Below are positions 22,772 to 34,609 of a stretch of DNA of 64,000 bases, piece after piece (positions within the stretch are counted from its first letter, which is position 1; each line of letters begins with the position of its first letter). The DNA is from an uncultured delta proteobacterium (GTDB lineage: Bacteria > Desulfobacterota > Binatia > Bin18). The DNA is taken from the NCBI GenBank assembly GCA_963733195.1, contig CAVTCR010000028.1:1-64000 (forward strand), written 5' to 3'. The position numbers and the translations under genes were made by a program. The notes beneath the pieces are model-generated. The model made no database searches, was not told the origin of the DNA, and saw only the letters and a list, made by a program, of their open reading frames with translations.

Positions 22772-23332
22772 TCAATGCAGCGTAAGCCCGCGAGTGGGGT
22801 CTTTGATGTACACGCCAAGCTGTAGTGTGCGTAACACCTCGTCCCATACCGGCGTGTAACGTTCGGCATGCTCCGGCCAGAAATCCATCGTGATGCACGG
22901 TTGGACATTGGCGCCACGGGCAAGACACAGGCGTGAGATCGCCTCACGCTTTTCAGCCGGGTCGATGAAATAAATCTCTACCCAGGCATATTCCAGCTCT
23001 GATCTTTGTACGGTGTGAATTTCGCTCTGCGTGTATGGTGTCCGTGGATCTTCTTTCACAAGATGTTCTAGCAATTGTGATAAGGGAAGCTTGCCCCAAT
23101 CAATTCCAGGCGGAAGCCGTAGATACGAGACTTCCAGGCGGCAGTCGTCATGAGGCGGCTTGCGATCGTGAAACTGAAAGGAGTCTGGACCTGGATCGAG
23201 TATCCACGTCTGCGGAATATCGAAGCGGACCGCGCCACGGTCGGCGACAAAGATGCGATGGCCAGGCTTGGCTTTCCAGCCATGGTCATCTTTCAGCTTT
23301 ACAACCTGCTTTTTCCATTTTAGCTTCGCCAT
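22772..23332 (-). CDS. Hypothetical protein
   Basis: 186-aa ORF with normal composition filling the gap; no motif recognised. Confidence 0.7.
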   Translation of the reverse strand: MAKLKWKKQVVKLKDDHGWKAKPGHRIFVADRGAVRFDIPQTWILDPGPDSFQFHDRKPPHDDCRLEVSYLRLPPGIDWGKLPLSQLLEHLVKEDPRTPYTQSEIHTVQRSELEYAWVEIYFIDPAEKREAISRLCLARGANVQPCITMDFWPEHAERYTPVWDEVLRTLQLGVYIKDPTRGLTLH

Positions 23333-23595
23333 GACGATGGCTCTTTCCTATGTCGAACCAGTTGCGATAACGTCGCACTATGTAGCGGGAGTGTATAAGG
23401 AAACGGGTTGTCTGCCCAGAGGACTGAGGAAAGGGGAAGATTCTTAATGAAGATCTACTCCGTACTAATAGAGGGTAGGTCTGTTAAGTAATTTATAAAA
23501 CAACTGTTCTTTTCCCCTTTCTTCTACCCTTATATGCGCCTTGACGCTTCCCTTGTTTGGCCTTACACTCATCTCGTTATTTTAAGGAAGAAAAG

Positions 23596-24048
23596 ATGGG
23601 GGCGGGGGCGCTGCCACGAATATTGGTCCTTCATGGTCCAAACCTCAACCTGCTGGGGCAACGCGAGCCGCAGATCTACGGATATACGACCCTTGCTGAT
23701 ATTAATGCGATGTTACTCAGTAGGGGACAGGAGTTGGGAGTCGAGGTTGAGACCTTCCAATCGAATCATGAAGGTGAATTAGTCAGTAAGATTCAAGCAG
23801 CACGCGGACAGTATGCGGCGCTGATCATCAACGGCGGCGCATATACCCACACAAGTATTGCCATCCTTGATGCGCTACTGGCCATCGATATGCCGGTCAT
23901 TGAAGTTCATCTTTCTAATCTCTATAAGCGCGAAGAGTTTCGTCATCATTCATACATCGCTCGTGCAGCTATTGGGCAGATCTGTGGCTTTGGTGCAGAC
24001 AGTTACCTACTAGGTCTACAAGCAGCGACAGGAATCATAAGAAAATAG
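23596..24048 (+). CDS. aroQ: Type II 3-dehydroquinate dehydratase
   Basis: [35 protein letters not shown]. Confidence 0.96.
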   Translation: MGAGALPRILVLHGPNLNLLGQREPQIYGYTTLADINAMLLSRGQELGVEVETFQSNHEGELVSKIQAARGQYAALIINGGAYTHTSIAILDALLAIDMPVIEVHLSNLYKREEFRHHSYIARAAIGQICGFGADSYLLGLQAATGIIRK

Positions 24049-24126
24049 GGCTTGTTGGGGACTGGGGCTTAGGGGCTGGCGACAAAGAAAATCCTCCCCG
24101 AATCCTGAATCCCGAATCTTCTACTT

Positions 24127-24619
24127 ATGGACATTGAAGAGATCAAGAAGCTCATGGAGATGATGGAAGAGCGAGGCGTGATCGAGTTGGAGATCAAGAA
24201 CGCCTCGGGTGAGATCCGCCTTGTGCGGGAAAACCATCGTGCTGCTGTACAACCGCCAACAGTTGTGGGGACGGCGCCATCTCCGCATGTTGCCCTATAC
24301 TCTATCTCCACAGCCGTTGAATTCATCAATGACTTCAGCCTCTTCGCCGTCAGCGCAATCTGACCTCAGTCAACTACGTGGAATAGCTATTCCTTCCCCG
24401 ATGGTTGGTACGTTTTACCGTGCTGCCAAGCCCGATGCGAGTCCTTACGTGGAGATAGACTCGGTGGTTGAGGTCGGAGAAGTCGTGTGTATCGTCGAAG
24501 CGATGAAAATGATGAACGAAATTCAATCCGAGATTCGTGGTCGAGTGGTGAAAATTATGGCGGAGAACGGAAAACCGGTGGAATACGGGCAACCGTTGTT
24601 TCTGCTGGAGCCGCTCTAA
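24127..24619 (+). CDS. accB: Acetyl-CoA carboxylase biotin carboxyl carrier protein (frameshift in linker, probably sequencing error)
   Basis: MDIEEIKKL N-terminus, SPMVGTFYR, biotin motif EAMKMMNEI; between aroQ and accC. Confidence 0.93.
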
Positions 24620-24644
24620 GAACGGGCGGAGGGGAGGTATTTAG

Positions 24645-26036
24645 GTGTTTACGAAAGTATTGATTGCCAATCGCGGTGAAATTGCTATCCGTATTATCCG
24701 AGCCTGTCGCGCATTAGGTATCCCTACTGTTGCGGTCTACTCAACGGCTGATCGTGAAGCGCTGCATATGCGTCTTGCTGATGAACGGGTGTGCATTGGT
24801 CCACCCAGCGTACGCGAAAGCTATCTCAACATCCCAGTGATAGTTAGTGCGGCGCTGTCGTTTGGTGCCGATGCGGTTCATCCGGGCTATGGTTTTCTTT
24901 CTGAGAACGGTGATTTTGCCGAGGCTTGTCAACGTTCGGGATTGACATTCATTGGTCCGCGCGTGCGGAATATTCGTTTAATGGGTGATAAGCCACGTGC
25001 ACGGCGCATTATGGAAAAGGCTGGTGTCCCTGTGCTTCCTGGTACATCCGCGGGAACGAAAGATGTTCGTGAAGCGCAAGCTGTGGCCGCACAGATTGGG
25101 TTCCCGGTGCTGCTGAAAGCTGCGGCTGGTGGTGGAGGTCGCGGCCTGCGTGTTGCCCACAATCCTGAGGAACTTGCGTCTGTGTTTGCCATTGCCGAAG
25201 AAGAAGGGGCGGCAGCCTTTGGCAATGGGGCGATTTACGTAGAAAAGTATCTCGAACATCCCCGACACATCGAGTTTCAGATCGTTGCTGATCAACATCG
25301 CAATATCATTCACCTCGGCGAGCGTGAGTGTTCGATCCAGCGCCGCTATCAGAAAATCATTGAAGAGACACCATCCGTAGCAATCACCAAACGGTTGCGT
25401 GAGCGGATGGGTACAGCAGCAGTCAAAGCGGCACGAGCTATTGGCTATACGAATGTTGGGACGGTTGAGTTCCTTCTTGATCAACAAGGCCACTTTTACT
25501 TCATTGAAATGAACACCCGCGTGCAGGTGGAGCATCCGATTACCGAAATGGTCACCGGTGTTGATATTGTCCGAGCCGGTATTCTTGCCGCGGCAGGTGA
25601 AGCGCTACCGTGGCGCCAGCGTGACATCTCTTTTTCCGGCCATGCGATTGAATGTCGAGTCGTGGCAGAAGACCCGAACACCATGCTCCCGTCTCCAGGA
25701 ACGATTCGTGGCTATCATGCTCCAGGTGGATTGGGAGTCCGTATCGACTCTGGGGTTGCGGAGAATAGCATTATTCCTGTGTTCTATGATTCATTGGTTG
25801 CCAAAGTCGTGACGCATGGCAAAACTCGTGACGAAGCGATTCAACGGATGCGCGTGGCTTTGAGCGAATACCAAATTAGCGGAATTAAGACGAATATTGC
25901 ACTGCACCAGAAAGTATTGCAGGACCCAGAATTTCTTACTGGTGACGTGCATACACGTTACCTCGATAAATTTTTATCGCGTCCTGTGACTCGCCCAGCT
26001 GCATCAGCGTCGAAACGTCTCGCTGCCGTTGCATGA
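24645..26036 (+). CDS. accC: Biotin carboxylase
   Basis: ANRGEIA, HPGYGFLSEN, GGGGRG, ERECSIQRR, EMNTRVQVEH. Confidence 0.97.
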   Translation: MFTKVLIANRGEIAIRIIRACRALGIPTVAVYSTADREALHMRLADERVCIGPPSVRESYLNIPVIVSAALSFGADAVHPGYGFLSENGDFAEACQRSGLTFIGPRVRNIRLMGDKPRARRIMEKAGVPVLPGTSAGTKDVREAQAVAAQIGFPVLLKAAAGGGGRGLRVAHNPEELASVFAIAEEEGAAAFGNGAIYVEKYLEHPRHIEFQIVADQHRNIIHLGERECSIQRRYQKIIEETPSVAITKRLRERMGTAAVKAARAIGYTNVGTVEFLLDQQGHFYFIEMNTRVQVEHPITEMVTGVDIVRAGILAAAGEALPWRQRDISFSGHAIECRVVAEDPNTMLPSPGTIRGYHAPGGLGVRIDSGVAENSIIPVFYDSLVAKVVTHGKTRDEAIQRMRVALSEYQISGIKTNIALHQKVLQDPEFLTGDVHTRYLDKFLSRPVTRPAASASKRLAAVA

Positions 26037-27100
26037 GGAGAATATTCATGAACGTCTGTGCTCGAGCCATCTTCCTCCCTTTCTTAACATGGTTCACACT
26101 GGCTGCTGTTCCCTCCATCGTGGCTGCGCAAGCTCAGACTGTTCCACTGACTACTACCAACCCTCCGCGGATCACATTCACGGAGACAGTCTACGACTTT
26201 GGTAAGGTTGAACAGGGCGACCAAGTAAACCACCTGTTTCGCTTTACTAATCAAGGGGACCGAGACTTACGTATCGAATCGGTGAAAACCTCGTGTGGGT
26301 GTACGGCTGCAGTGATCTCCTCCGAGGTAACGGCTCCAGGAAAAGAAGGAACGATTAGTGCGACGTTCGACACGACGAAATTTTTCGGTGAGAAGGTAAA
26401 GCAGGTTACTGTACACAGCAATGACCCCATACAACCTGTGGTGACGCTTACCCTCCAAGGAGAAATTGCGGTTGAGGTCGAAGTGAACCCCGCGCAACTC
26501 TATCTTGGCAAAATTCGTCGTGGCGCGAGTGCGACCCATACGATCGAATTGTTGTATGATGCGAGCAAGCCGATTTCCATCACTAACGTTGCGACTGACA
26601 GTCCGCTCGTTTCGGTGCGAACAGAAGAGTTGGAAAGGCAGGGAAAGAAAGGCAAGAAGCTCCTTGTTACCTTGAGAAAAGATGTACCACTGGGACGAGT
26701 GAGCACGGAAATCAATGTGACGACGACGAGTCAGAAACGACCGTCGATAGCAATCCCTGTCTTTGGTCAGATTGAAGGTGATCTCATGGTGACACCTTCT
26801 CAAGTGTCGTTTGGTGTTGTCCGTAAAGGTGATAACAAAGAAAACAGCCTCAGTATTAAAAGTCGTGCGACGAACCCCATCCATGTCGTACGGACCCAGA
26901 GTTCGAGTCCTAATGTCATAGCTGAGATAGTAACTGTGAAGGCCGGAGAGGAATATAGTTTGACTTTGAAGGTGAATTCAGAAAGCACACCTGGGCAGAT
27001 CAAAGGCGAGGTGCAGGTGTTCACTGATCACCCAACCGAGAAGGTCTTGACCATCCCGGTGTACGGGATGTTGGTTGATCCTCAAGCGGCGAAGAAGTAA
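26033..27100 (+). CDS. Exported DUF1573-domain Ig-like protein
   Basis: Signal peptide, YDFGKV...FTNQG...SCGCT, repeated Ig-like modules. Confidence 0.8.
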   Translation: MRRIFMNVCARAIFLPFLTWFTLAAVPSIVAAQAQTVPLTTTNPPRITFTETVYDFGKVEQGDQVNHLFRFTNQGDRDLRIESVKTSCGCTAAVISSEVTAPGKEGTISATFDTTKFFGEKVKQVTVHSNDPIQPVVTLTLQGEIAVEVEVNPAQLYLGKIRRGASATHTIELLYDASKPISITNVATDSPLVSVRTEELERQGKKGKKLLVTLRKDVPLGRVSTEINVTTTSQKRPSIAIPVFGQIEGDLMVTPSQVSFGVVRKGDNKENSLSIKSRATNPIHVVRTQSSSPNVIAEIVTVKAGEEYSLTLKVNSESTPGQIKGEVQVFTDHPTEKVLTIPVYGMLVDPQAAKK

Positions 27101-27209
27101 ACCTCCAGCTCTCAGCAGCCAGGCTTAATTGAATTGAGTGATTGAGTCATTTTTACATTTTTCAATGGTGTAATGAATCAATGAACCAACGGCTCAATAC
27201 ATTACCCGC

Positions 27210-30200
27210 TTGCCGTCCATGCTAGAATCTGTCGTTCCCTCCCAGTTTTTCTCTTTCGCTGAAACCCTCGAACGTTTTCTCACAACACTTCAGCATGCGT
27301 CTGTGGGCAAGGCGGTACGCGTAGGTGGGTTGCGTGGGGCAGCCCAGGCTTTTTTTCTCTCCCAGTGGTTTTTACGTACCCCGACACCAACGCTCTGTGT
27401 TTTACCTTCGTCGCAAGCAGCAGAAACGTTTGCTGATGATCTGCGGTTTTTCCTTGGCACCGAGAAATCTGCATTGCAACAGTTGTTCCTTTATCCTGCG
27501 TGGGACGTACCTGCCTTTGAAGGGGTGTCGCCGAGCAGTGAAGTCTTAGCAGCCCAGGTCGAAGGGCTCTACGCGTTGGCATCGTTGCCAACACCGCTTG
27601 TCGTCACAACCATTGATGCCGTTGCCCAGCGTGTCATGCCGCAGGAAGATTTTTTTACAGCAACGAGAGTGCTGCGTGTAAAGCAGGACGTGCCGCTCTC
27701 TGACTTGGTTGAGCACCTGACACAATGGGGCTATCGACGGGTGCCGCTAGTAGAAGAAAAAGGTGAGATCAGTGTACGAGGTGGGATTGTTGATGTGTTT
27801 CCGCCGCTAGCGACGCAACCGCTACGGATCGAGTTTTTTGACGACACAGTCGATTCGTTACGTACCTTTGATCCCGCGTCGCAACGTTCTCTTGATCGCG
27901 TCGAGGAGTTTACGTTTCTGCCGATGCGCTTCTTTTCTGTTGCTCGGCTCCAAGCCTCGCGTCGAGGTGTAGAAGAAGCCTTGGCTGATAGTGAGGCCAA
28001 ACAACGTGAACAGCAGCGTATTAGTGAGAATTTCAAGAGTGGCCTTCCTTTTCCCGGAGTCGAGTTTTTTCTCCCCTATCTCTATTCGAGTCTCGAGAGT
28101 TTTGAAGATTACCTCCCGCGTGGGACAGTGGTGTGGATCCCTGAACCTGCAACTGTTCATGCTGAGTGCGCAAATTTTGCGGATCGGATTCTGTCATGCG
28201 CTACCCAAGCCCAAGAAGCTGGGCATCTCGTGCCACTACCAGACACGCTGTACCTTGGGTCAGAAGACACCTGGAAACAATTCACCTCTCGGGTTACTGT
28301 CGAACTACCAGTGCTAGAGACAACTGAGACTGAGTTCACTGTTACGCAAGGTTCGCATCTGGACCTGAAACCTATTCTGCACGCGCGAGGTGGTGAGGGT
28401 GGCTTGGCTCCGTTGGTTGAACGGATTCAGCATTGGCAAGACGAACGCAATCGTGTGGTCCTCGCGGTGTCGAGCGCACTGCAAGCTTCACATTTGCAAA
28501 ATTTACTGCTTGGACACGATTTGCGTTTACCAGTGAGGCAAACGTGGCAAAGCGACGGTGATCCGTCAGCTGCCATTGTCATTGGTCCGCTCTCGCACGG
28601 ATTTACCCTACCAGGTGACGGACTGATTTTTCTTGCGGAAGAAGAAATCTTCGGTGAGCGCCGGCACCGTCGTCGCTCGCGTCCACGTCCAGTAGCCGAC
28701 TACCTGACTGGCCTGAGTCAGCTCACCGTAGGTGACTATGTCGTACATATCGATCATGGAGTCGGGCACTATCAGGGCCTGCGACACCTTAGCGTCGCTG
28801 GCACTGAAGGCGACTATCTGCACCTCGAGTATGCAGGTGGGGATCGTCTCTACTTACCGGTTGAGCGGATCAACTTGGTACAGAAATACACCGGTGCTGA
28901 CGGGCACACGCCGGGCCTCGACCGATTAGGCGGGGGAAGCTGGGAAAAGGTCAAGAAAAAAACGCGCGAAGCAATCCTGATGATGGCACGTGAACTGTTG
29001 GAAGTACATGCCGCACGTGCCAGTACCGAACGTCCAGTGACGGCCAAGTTGGACGAGGACTATGAAGAGTTTGTTGCGCGATTCCCATTTGAAGAGACGA
29101 GCGGACAACGTACGGCGATCGAGGATGTCATTGCGGATCTGCGCACCGACAAACCTATGGACCGTTTGGTGTGTGGTGATGTTGGCTACGGCAAGACCGA
29201 AATCGCCCTTCGTGCGGCATTTTTGACAGTGCAAAGCGGGAAACAAGTGGCGGTGCTCGTGCCCACGACGATTTTAGCGCAACAGCACGCGGAAACATTT
29301 ATCCGTCGCTTTGCGGAGTATCCCATTCGCATTGAACTCCTCAATAGGTTTCGCTCGCCGCAAGAAGTAAAGACTGTGATCCAAGGACTCGTAGCGGGAA
29401 CGGTTGATATTGTGATCGGCACACACCGGCTGTTGCAACGTGACATTGTCTTCAAAAACCTTGGGCTCATTGTTGTTGATGAGGAGCATCGTTTCGGGGT
29501 GGCGCATAAAGAGAAGATCAAGAAGATGCGCTATCTGGTCGATGTGTTGACACTCTCTGCGACTCCAATTCCGCGTACGTTGAATATGGCCCTGATGGGT
29601 CTCCGTGATCTCAGTGTCATCGAGACTCCACCAGTTGATCGTCAAGCGATTCGGACCTATGTCGCGCGGTTTGATGAGGGGTTAATTCGCTCGGCCATCT
29701 TGCAAGAGTTGGGACGTGGTGGGCAAATCTTTTTTGTCCATAACCGTGTCGAGACGATCGACAAGATGGCAAAACAATTACGTGAACTCGTCCCTGAAGC
29801 TACCATTGCAATTGGCCATGGCCAGATGGATGAACACGAATTGGAGAAGGTCATGCTCGACTTCATACATCACCGCTCTAACGTGCTCTTATGCTCGTCG
29901 ATTATCGAATCTGGACTCGATATTCCCACGGCCAATACTATTATTATTAACCGTGCCGATCAGTTTGGCCTGGCGCAGCTCTATCAACTGCGTGGTCGAG
30001 TAGGGCGTTCCGCCCAGAAAGCCTACGCCTATTTGTTGATCCCTGGTGAACATTTGGTTACTAAAGACGCGACCCGACGGCTCGAAGTATTGCAAGAACT
30101 CGATGATCTCGGCGGTGGTTTTCGTCTTGCGGCCCATGATCTCGAAATTCGCGGCGCAGGAAACTTGTTAGGTAAAGAGCAATCCGGTCAGGTTGCGGCA

Positions 30201-30713
30201 GTTGGATTTGATCTGTACGCCCAGATGCTCGAAGAAACAGTCGTTGAGTTGCGCGGTGGGAAAATTCGTGTACAGATCGAGCCCGATATCCAGCTTGGTC
30301 TTCCAGCTTACATTCCTGAAGCCTATATTCCCGATGTGAATCAGCGGTTGGTATTTTACAAAAAGATGGCGAATGTCGAGAGCCGTGCTGATCTCGAAGA
30401 TCTTGCGGCGGAAATGGAGGACCGCTTTGGTCCGTTGCCGCAATTGGTGTTGACGTTTCTCGAAGTCATGGACCTGCGCAGAGTTTTACGCGAGTATCTT
30501 GTCACATCGATATACAGAAAAGGGGAGAAAGTGACTTTGCACTTTCATCCTGACTCGCAAATCAAAGGCGAGCGGCTGGTTGCATTGCTACAAAAGGATC
30601 GAGGACGTTCTCAGCTTAGTCCAGATTTACGTTTTACCTTTACCCTTAAACCTGACGAAGATGTAATGGTTGCCACCAAGGCACTCTTGCAGAGCCTGGG
30701 CGAGGGAACATAA
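27210..30713 (+). CDS. mfd: Transcription-repair coupling factor; last 4 codons supplied by the integrated element
   Basis: VRGGIVDVF, CarD-like [46 protein letters not shown]. Confidence 0.97.
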   Translation: MPSMLESVVPSQFFSFAETLERFLTTLQHASVGKAVRVGGLRGAAQAFFLSQWFLRTPTPTLCVLPSSQAAETFADDLRFFLGTEKSALQQLFLYPAWDVPAFEGVSPSSEVLAAQVEGLYALASLPTPLVVTTIDAVAQRVMPQEDFFTATRVLRVKQDVPLSDLVEHLTQWGYRRVPLVEEKGEISVRGGIVDVFPPLATQPLRIEFFDDTVDSLRTFDPASQRSLDRVEEFTFLPMRFFSVARLQASRRGVEEALADSEAKQREQQRISENFKSGLPFPGVEFFLPYLYSSLESFEDYLPRGTVVWIPEPATVHAECANFADRILSCATQAQEAGHLVPLPDTLYLGSEDTWKQFTSRVTVELPVLETTETEFTVTQGSHLDLKPILHARGGEGGLAPLVERIQHWQDERNRVVLAVSSALQASHLQNLLLGHDLRLPVRQTWQSDGDPSAAIVIGPLSHGFTLPGDGLIFLAEEEIFGERRHRRRSRPRPVADYLTGLSQLTVGDYVVHIDHGVGHYQGLRHLSVAGTEGDYLHLEYAGGDRLYLPVERINLVQKYTGADGHTPGLDRLGGGSWEKVKKKTREAILMMARELLEVHAARASTERPVTAKLDEDYEEFVARFPFEETSGQRTAIEDVIADLRTDKPMDRLVCGDVGYGKTEIALRAAFLTVQSGKQVAVLVPTTILAQQHAETFIRRFAEYPIRIELLNRFRSPQEVKTVIQGLVAGTVDIVIGTHRLLQRDIVFKNLGLIVVDEEHRFGVAHKEKIKKMRYLVDVLTLSATPIPRTLNMALMGLRDLSVIETPPVDRQAIRTYVARFDEGLIRSAILQELGRGGQIFFVHNRVETIDKMAKQLRELVPEATIAIGHGQMDEHELEKVMLDFIHHRSNVLLCSSIIESGLDIPTANTIIINRADQFGLAQLYQLRGRVGRSAQKAYAYLLIPGEHLVTKDATRRLEVLQELDDLGGGFRLAAHDLEIRGAGNLLGKEQSGQVAAVGFDLYAQMLEETVVELRGGKIRVQIEPDIQLGLPAYIPEAYIPDVNQRLVFYKKMANVESRADLEDLAAEMEDRFGPLPQLVLTFLEVMDLRRVLREYLVTSIYRKGEKVTLHFHPDSQIKGERLVALLQKDRGRSQLSPDLRFTFTLKPDEDVMVATKALLQSLGEGT

Positions 30714-30740
30714 CGTTTTCCCTCTTTTCTTCAGGCCCTT
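30677..30740. repeat. attL of integrated element at the mfd 3' end
   Basis: 64 bp identical to 47891-47954. First 22 bp (CAAGGCACTCTTGCAGAGCCTG) recur at 52369-52390 with 1 mismatch. Confidence 0.93.
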
Positions 30741-31907
30741 ACCTTGTTCTTAAAAACGGCGTTCGTCTCGTTGGTTGCGTCTGGGTTGCGGATGGTTGCA
30801 TTTTCTAGCCCGTCGAGCTTGTCCACTGCGCTTTTGTTCCCTCCTGGTATGAGATGTCCGTAGGTATCAACGGTCATGGTGATGCTGTGATGTCCCATCT
30901 GCTCTTTGACGTAGGCCAAGGATTCCCCTTGCTGAATGAGCAGTGAGGCGAAGGTGTGACGCAAGTCATGCACGCGGATATGGCGGAGGCCAGTTTTTCG
31001 CAACAGAGGTTCCCAGATGCGGTGCCGCACGTGTCCATGATCTAACGGGGTTCCGGTCGTGGTGATGAACACCCATGGAGGGATTGCTCCCCAGCCTTTG
31101 CGTAACGTTTCTTTTTTTCGTTCGAGTGACAACGCTGTGAGCGTTTCTGCAAGTTGCAGGGACATATCCACGCGGCGGGTCTTGCCGTTCTTAGGGGTCG
31201 ACGCCCGGCCAAGCGTGACGGTGCGCTTCACTTCGATGAACCGCCCGTGAAAGTCGATGTCCTCCCATTGCAGACCGATCGCCTCACCAAAACGGAGCCC
31301 CGTACGAGCCAAGAGAGAAAAGAAGGGATAGCAGAGCGGAAAGTGTTCTTGGCAGGTCCGCAAGAGCAGGCCAAGTTCTTCTCTGGTGAGCGCGTCGGCT
31401 TTGCGGTGGGCTGTTGCTTCTGTGGCGCGGTTGCGCTTGAGAATTCGTAACACGGGGTTGACGCTGAGCTGCCCATCTTCAATCGCGTGGTTGAACATTT
31501 CCGAGAGCGGAGCAAGGATCACTTCTACCGTCTTTCGCGCCTTGCCCTGAGCGAGCAGTCCATAAGCGAGTGTCTTGACCTGGTCCCGCGTAATATCGGT
31601 GATGTCTTTTTTGCCGAAGGTGGGCAGGAGGTGTTGCTCGAATGCGTTCGTGTACAACCAGTGCGTACGCTCCTTAACAGTGTGCTCTGACGTAGGTGTC
31701 GAGCCAGTGACAGAAGTGCACGTCAAAGGGCCTCAATGTTTTTTCGTCTTTTATCTCGAACTGTCCAAGCGCAATCTTGGCTTGAATCTTTTCCGCCGCG
31801 ATCTCCGCCGCACGCTTACTGCTACCGATCCGCTTTGCTTTGCGCTTTCCCTTGTGGTTGATAAAAATCCACCACGCGCCTTTATGCTGTTTGACTTTGA
31901 CTGACAT
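30731..31907 (-). CDS. Tyrosine recombinase/phage integrase (frameshift near 31700)
   Basis: TGLRFGE, TPKNGK, HDLRHTFAS, MGHHSITMTVDTYGH. N-terminal arm-binding part in ORF 31674-31997 from ATG 31907. Confidence 0.95.
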
Positions 31908-32018
31908 GGTTTGCCTCCCTCTATTGAATGGTGTCCTGTGTGGTCGACGGCCCATATCTGCCCGGCTGTCCTGGACGTCCTGGCATGCGTCCTTCATCGA
32001 TCTCTTGCAGAAGCAAGT

Positions 32019-32297
32019 TCATACAGGTGGTGATATGGGCACACTGGCTTGTGCCAAGTCGGTGAGGGTTTGCATAGGGTCACTGCCGTAGTGGTCTGCC
32101 CCTTCGCGCGTGACGCAATGCGTGGAATCGAGGAGCGCTTTCAGATGGTCGACGGCGATGAGCGTGCTGCTGATAGGGTCCTGGCGGTCGCATTCGGTGA
32201 GTGTCATAACGTATTTCTCCTGTGCAGAGTGAAGGGTGACAAGTGCTCTTGCCGCGTCGTACAATGCGGGGTGGCGCACGTTGCCGAGCAGAAACAA
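32019..32297 (-). CDS. Hypothetical protein
   Basis: Co-oriented ORF upstream of the integrase; start uncertain. Confidence 0.4.
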   Translation of the reverse strand: MFLLGNVRHPALYDAARALVTLHSAQEKYVMTLTECDRQDPISSTLIAVDHLKALLDSTHCVTREGADHYGSDPMQTLTDLAQASVPISPPV

Positions 32298-32442
32298 GAG
32301 GTGATAGGGTTCATAGTGCTTCGAGCCTCCAGAGGTTGAAGCATCGGGCTTGCCAGAGTGTCCGCTCTGGCAAGCCTTTTTCAGTTAGGCCGTCCTCCTC
32401 GACTCGTCGCGAGCCTCAGATTTAACGGCTTCGGGGTTCAGT

Positions 32443-32763
32443 TCAGGTTCCGCCTTTACTCTCTACCCGTGGCGTACGGATCGCATACAGGGCCAGAGCG
32501 ACAGCGTGTTTGCAGACCTTCCCGCGGAACATGCTGTCCCCACAGCCACAGAATGACCGGCCTTCAGTCAGCGTGACGCTGTAGTTCTTGCCGTCGCCAT
32601 TGGCCACGTATGCGCTGATTTCTTGTCTCCGTCCGTCGCGTGAGACGTAATGCTGTATGCACCAGCCGTGAGTCCTTCCACGCCGCGCTGTAAGCCGGTC
32701 GCTGTCGACCTTCTGGATGATGCTCGTTGCTACCATTGCTGTTCCTCCTGTGTGGTTCGTCAT
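32443..32763 (-). CDS. SWIM zinc-finger protein
   Basis: YSVTL...CGCGDSMFRGKVCKH fits CxC...CxH. Possible internal ATG at 32736 after AGGAGG. Confidence 0.75.
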   Translation of the reverse strand: MTNHTGGTAMVATSIIQKVDSDRLTARRGRTHGWCIQHYVSRDGRRQEISAYVANGDGKNYSVTLTEGRSFCGCGDSMFRGKVCKHAVALALYAIRTPRVESKGGT

Positions 32764-32841
32764 AAGGATATTATAAACGTCATGACGAATTAGTCAAGAA
32801 GGTTATTCCTTCCTTGACAAAGAAAACTCCACCGCTATTCT
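32756..32841. promoter_or_regulatory. Back-to-back sigma70-like promoters with palindromic operator
   Basis: Plus strand TTGACA(32814)-N16-TATTCT. Minus strand TTGACT(32797)-N16-TATAAT. Perfect palindrome CGTCATGACG at 32778-32787, half-site TTCGTCAT at 32756. Confidence 0.65.
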
Positions 32842-32859
32842 GTAAGCAGGGGAGGAGCA

Positions 32860-33213
32860 ATGCCGACGAAAGTAAAAACGCGTGCCATTACCATTGTGAG
32901 GCGCATCACCATAGAACAGAAAACTTGTCCGCAGTGTGGCAAGACATTTGAAGGGGCCAAGGTTGCGAAGTTCTGTTCAAAGACTTGCGCAAATAATGCG
33001 AGCTACGCCCGCCATGCAGAACAGTACCGCGCCCATCGGCGGGAGGTCTACCGCGCACGCAGGACACTACTACGAAGAAGGAGAAAAGGAGCTGAGACAT
33101 ATCCCCCATTTGGAGGATTGCTTCGCTTGATATGCTGGCGTAGTGCTCATATCCGTCATAAGGGGGTGGAGCAAAAATGCAGCATCGAGACCGGGACTAT
33201 CACGATTTGTTAG
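32860..33213 (+). CDS. Small basic zinc-ribbon protein, putative DNA-binding regulator (true end may be ~33095)
   Basis: CPQC...FCSKTC followed by a basic helix; RBS GGAGGAG. Confidence 0.65.
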   Translation: MPTKVKTRAITIVRRITIEQKTCPQCGKTFEGAKVAKFCSKTCANNASYARHAEQYRAHRREVYRARRTLLRRRRKGAETYPPFGGLLRLICWRSAHIRHKGVEQKCSIETGTITIC

Positions 33214-33371
33214 ACGCCGCCCCTGATGTAGGAATGTCTGCCTTGCTACAGCTGATCGAAGCTGGAAGCGGGACAACTCTCATGATTCAGGTGAAGGGAG
33301 AGGTGTGGGAGATCACGGCAAAAAAGCTGGCGTATCACAGGAGGGTCAAAGAATGCGATCACAAGTCGTGA
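33177..33371 (+). CDS. Small hypothetical protein
   Basis: 64-aa ORF with GGAG RBS, upstream of the PEP-CTERM gene. Confidence 0.4.
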   Translation: MQHRDRDYHDLLDAAPDVGMSALLQLIEAGSGTTLMIQVKGEVWEITAKKLAYHRRVKECDHKS

Positions 33372-34039
33372 AGGTGCTACTGCGGCACAGTCTTGTCGTA
33401 TGGTACCTCCTGGCACCTGTCCGCACCGAGGCCGTGCCCATCTCGTACCGTTTCACGCTGGCTGTTGCCGTGGTCGAGATCCAATCCCCAGGAGAGTTTG
33501 TCGAGACCTTTCCGTGTGCCACGCATCCCCACGCCTTCTGTGCTACCCCCTTTGTCGGACGATTCGACATTGATGACGCCGTGCTCAGCCGTGAGGGGAA
33601 TCATCTCCGAGGGGTGATGGCTAACTTCCACATCCGCTTGGCTGATGTCGTCTTCGACCAGAACCAGCCGTCGGCCATCCCAGCGAATTTTTTCAGGGGC
33701 TTTATTGGGCCAGTGACAGAGGAGGATGAACAGCTGGGTCTCGTGGACTCCCCTGCTCCCTCCCCTGGGTTGAACGTCCACGGGGGTATGCTCACGGGTC
33801 TCACTGGCGGAGTCTTGGGCGATGGCGACGCCGTGTTCATCGACTTCATTCCGCGTGCGCTTGGGACCAGCACCTTCCAGGCACATTTTTATGAATTCCT
33901 CTATCCCGCGTACCCCCCGTATATTTTCTATTCTGCGAGGGGTGATCTTATCCTCTCCCCCGTGCCCGAACCCTCCACCCTGCTCCTGGTGGGCAGTGCA
34001 GTTGCCCTTCTCCTCACCAGAAGACAACGCACGCACTAG
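33353..34039 (+). CDS. PEP-CTERM exosortase-target surface protein
   Basis: Signal-like N-terminus; C-terminal VPEPSTLLLVGSAVALLLTRRQR. Confidence 0.88.
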   Translation: MRSQVVKVLLRHSLVVWYLLAPVRTEAVPISYRFTLAVAVVEIQSPGEFVETFPCATHPHAFCATPFVGRFDIDDAVLSREGNHLRGVMANFHIRLADVVFDQNQPSAIPANFFRGFIGPVTEEDEQLGLVDSPAPSPGLNVHGGMLTGLTGGVLGDGDAVFIDFIPRALGTSTFQAHFYEFLYPAYPPYIFYSARGDLILSPVPEPSTLLLVGSAVALLLTRRQRTH

Positions 34040-34270
34040 CCATGGGCTCCCTCGTCACACGCACGAACAGCACCAGCGGAAGTGTGGGCAAGGCATAGAC
34101 CAGGAGCACCGTCACTACTCTAAGGCGTGCGCCAAGAAAGCCGCCTGCCACCGCGCCCCTGAAGTCTATCGGGAAAGCCGGATGAAGAGTTACCGCAAGG
34201 CGAAGGGAGGAAAAAAGTAGCCGTCCTCTATATGGCCAGTGGTTATACCTACAGAGCTGAGTAGGGATGG

Positions 34271-34609
34271 TTACCCGTAGAAGGTTGCGGCCACCGCTCG
34301 GAAGGTGTTGCTGCTCAGAGCCCGGAGGGGTTGCTGTAGCTGATGACCAGTGCTCTGCTGATAAGATAGCGATCTGCGTTCCTCATATCCTGAATCCGCG
34401 TGCGGCCCAGGCGGAACGGTTTCTTTCGTGGCAGTGACCGCCCACACCAGGGAGAGGATCCAGCCTATAACCGTCCAACCCAGGAGCAGATTCAGCGCGG
34501 TGATGGCGCCGGTGTTGCGGTGGTTGCGGGACGAGGCGAGGATGGCCGGGAGAAGATACAGCCCAAAGAAACAGAGCCAGAACATTCCAGAGGACCCGCC
34601 AGGTTCCAT
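34271..34609 (-). CDS. Superinfection immunity protein (T4 Imm-like)
   Basis: LYLLPAILASSRNHRNTGAITALNLLLGWTVIGWILSLVWA signature. Confidence 0.88.
   Translation of the reverse strand: MEPGGSSGMFWLCFFGLYLLPAILASSRNHRNTGAITALNLLLGWTVIGWILSLVWAVTATKETVPPGPHADSGYEERRSLSYQQSTGHQLQQPLRALSSNTFRAVAATFYG

Noticed and set aside
24050-27200. Short 7-8-mer tandem repeats at 24055-24120 and 27125-27200
   Set aside because: Low-complexity intergenic repeats without spacers; not CRISPR and no specific function supportable.
30731-31907. The element integrase as the missing integron integrase
   Set aside because: It has a phage-type N-terminal arm domain, lacks IntI-like features, and sits at attL, 5 kb from the array.
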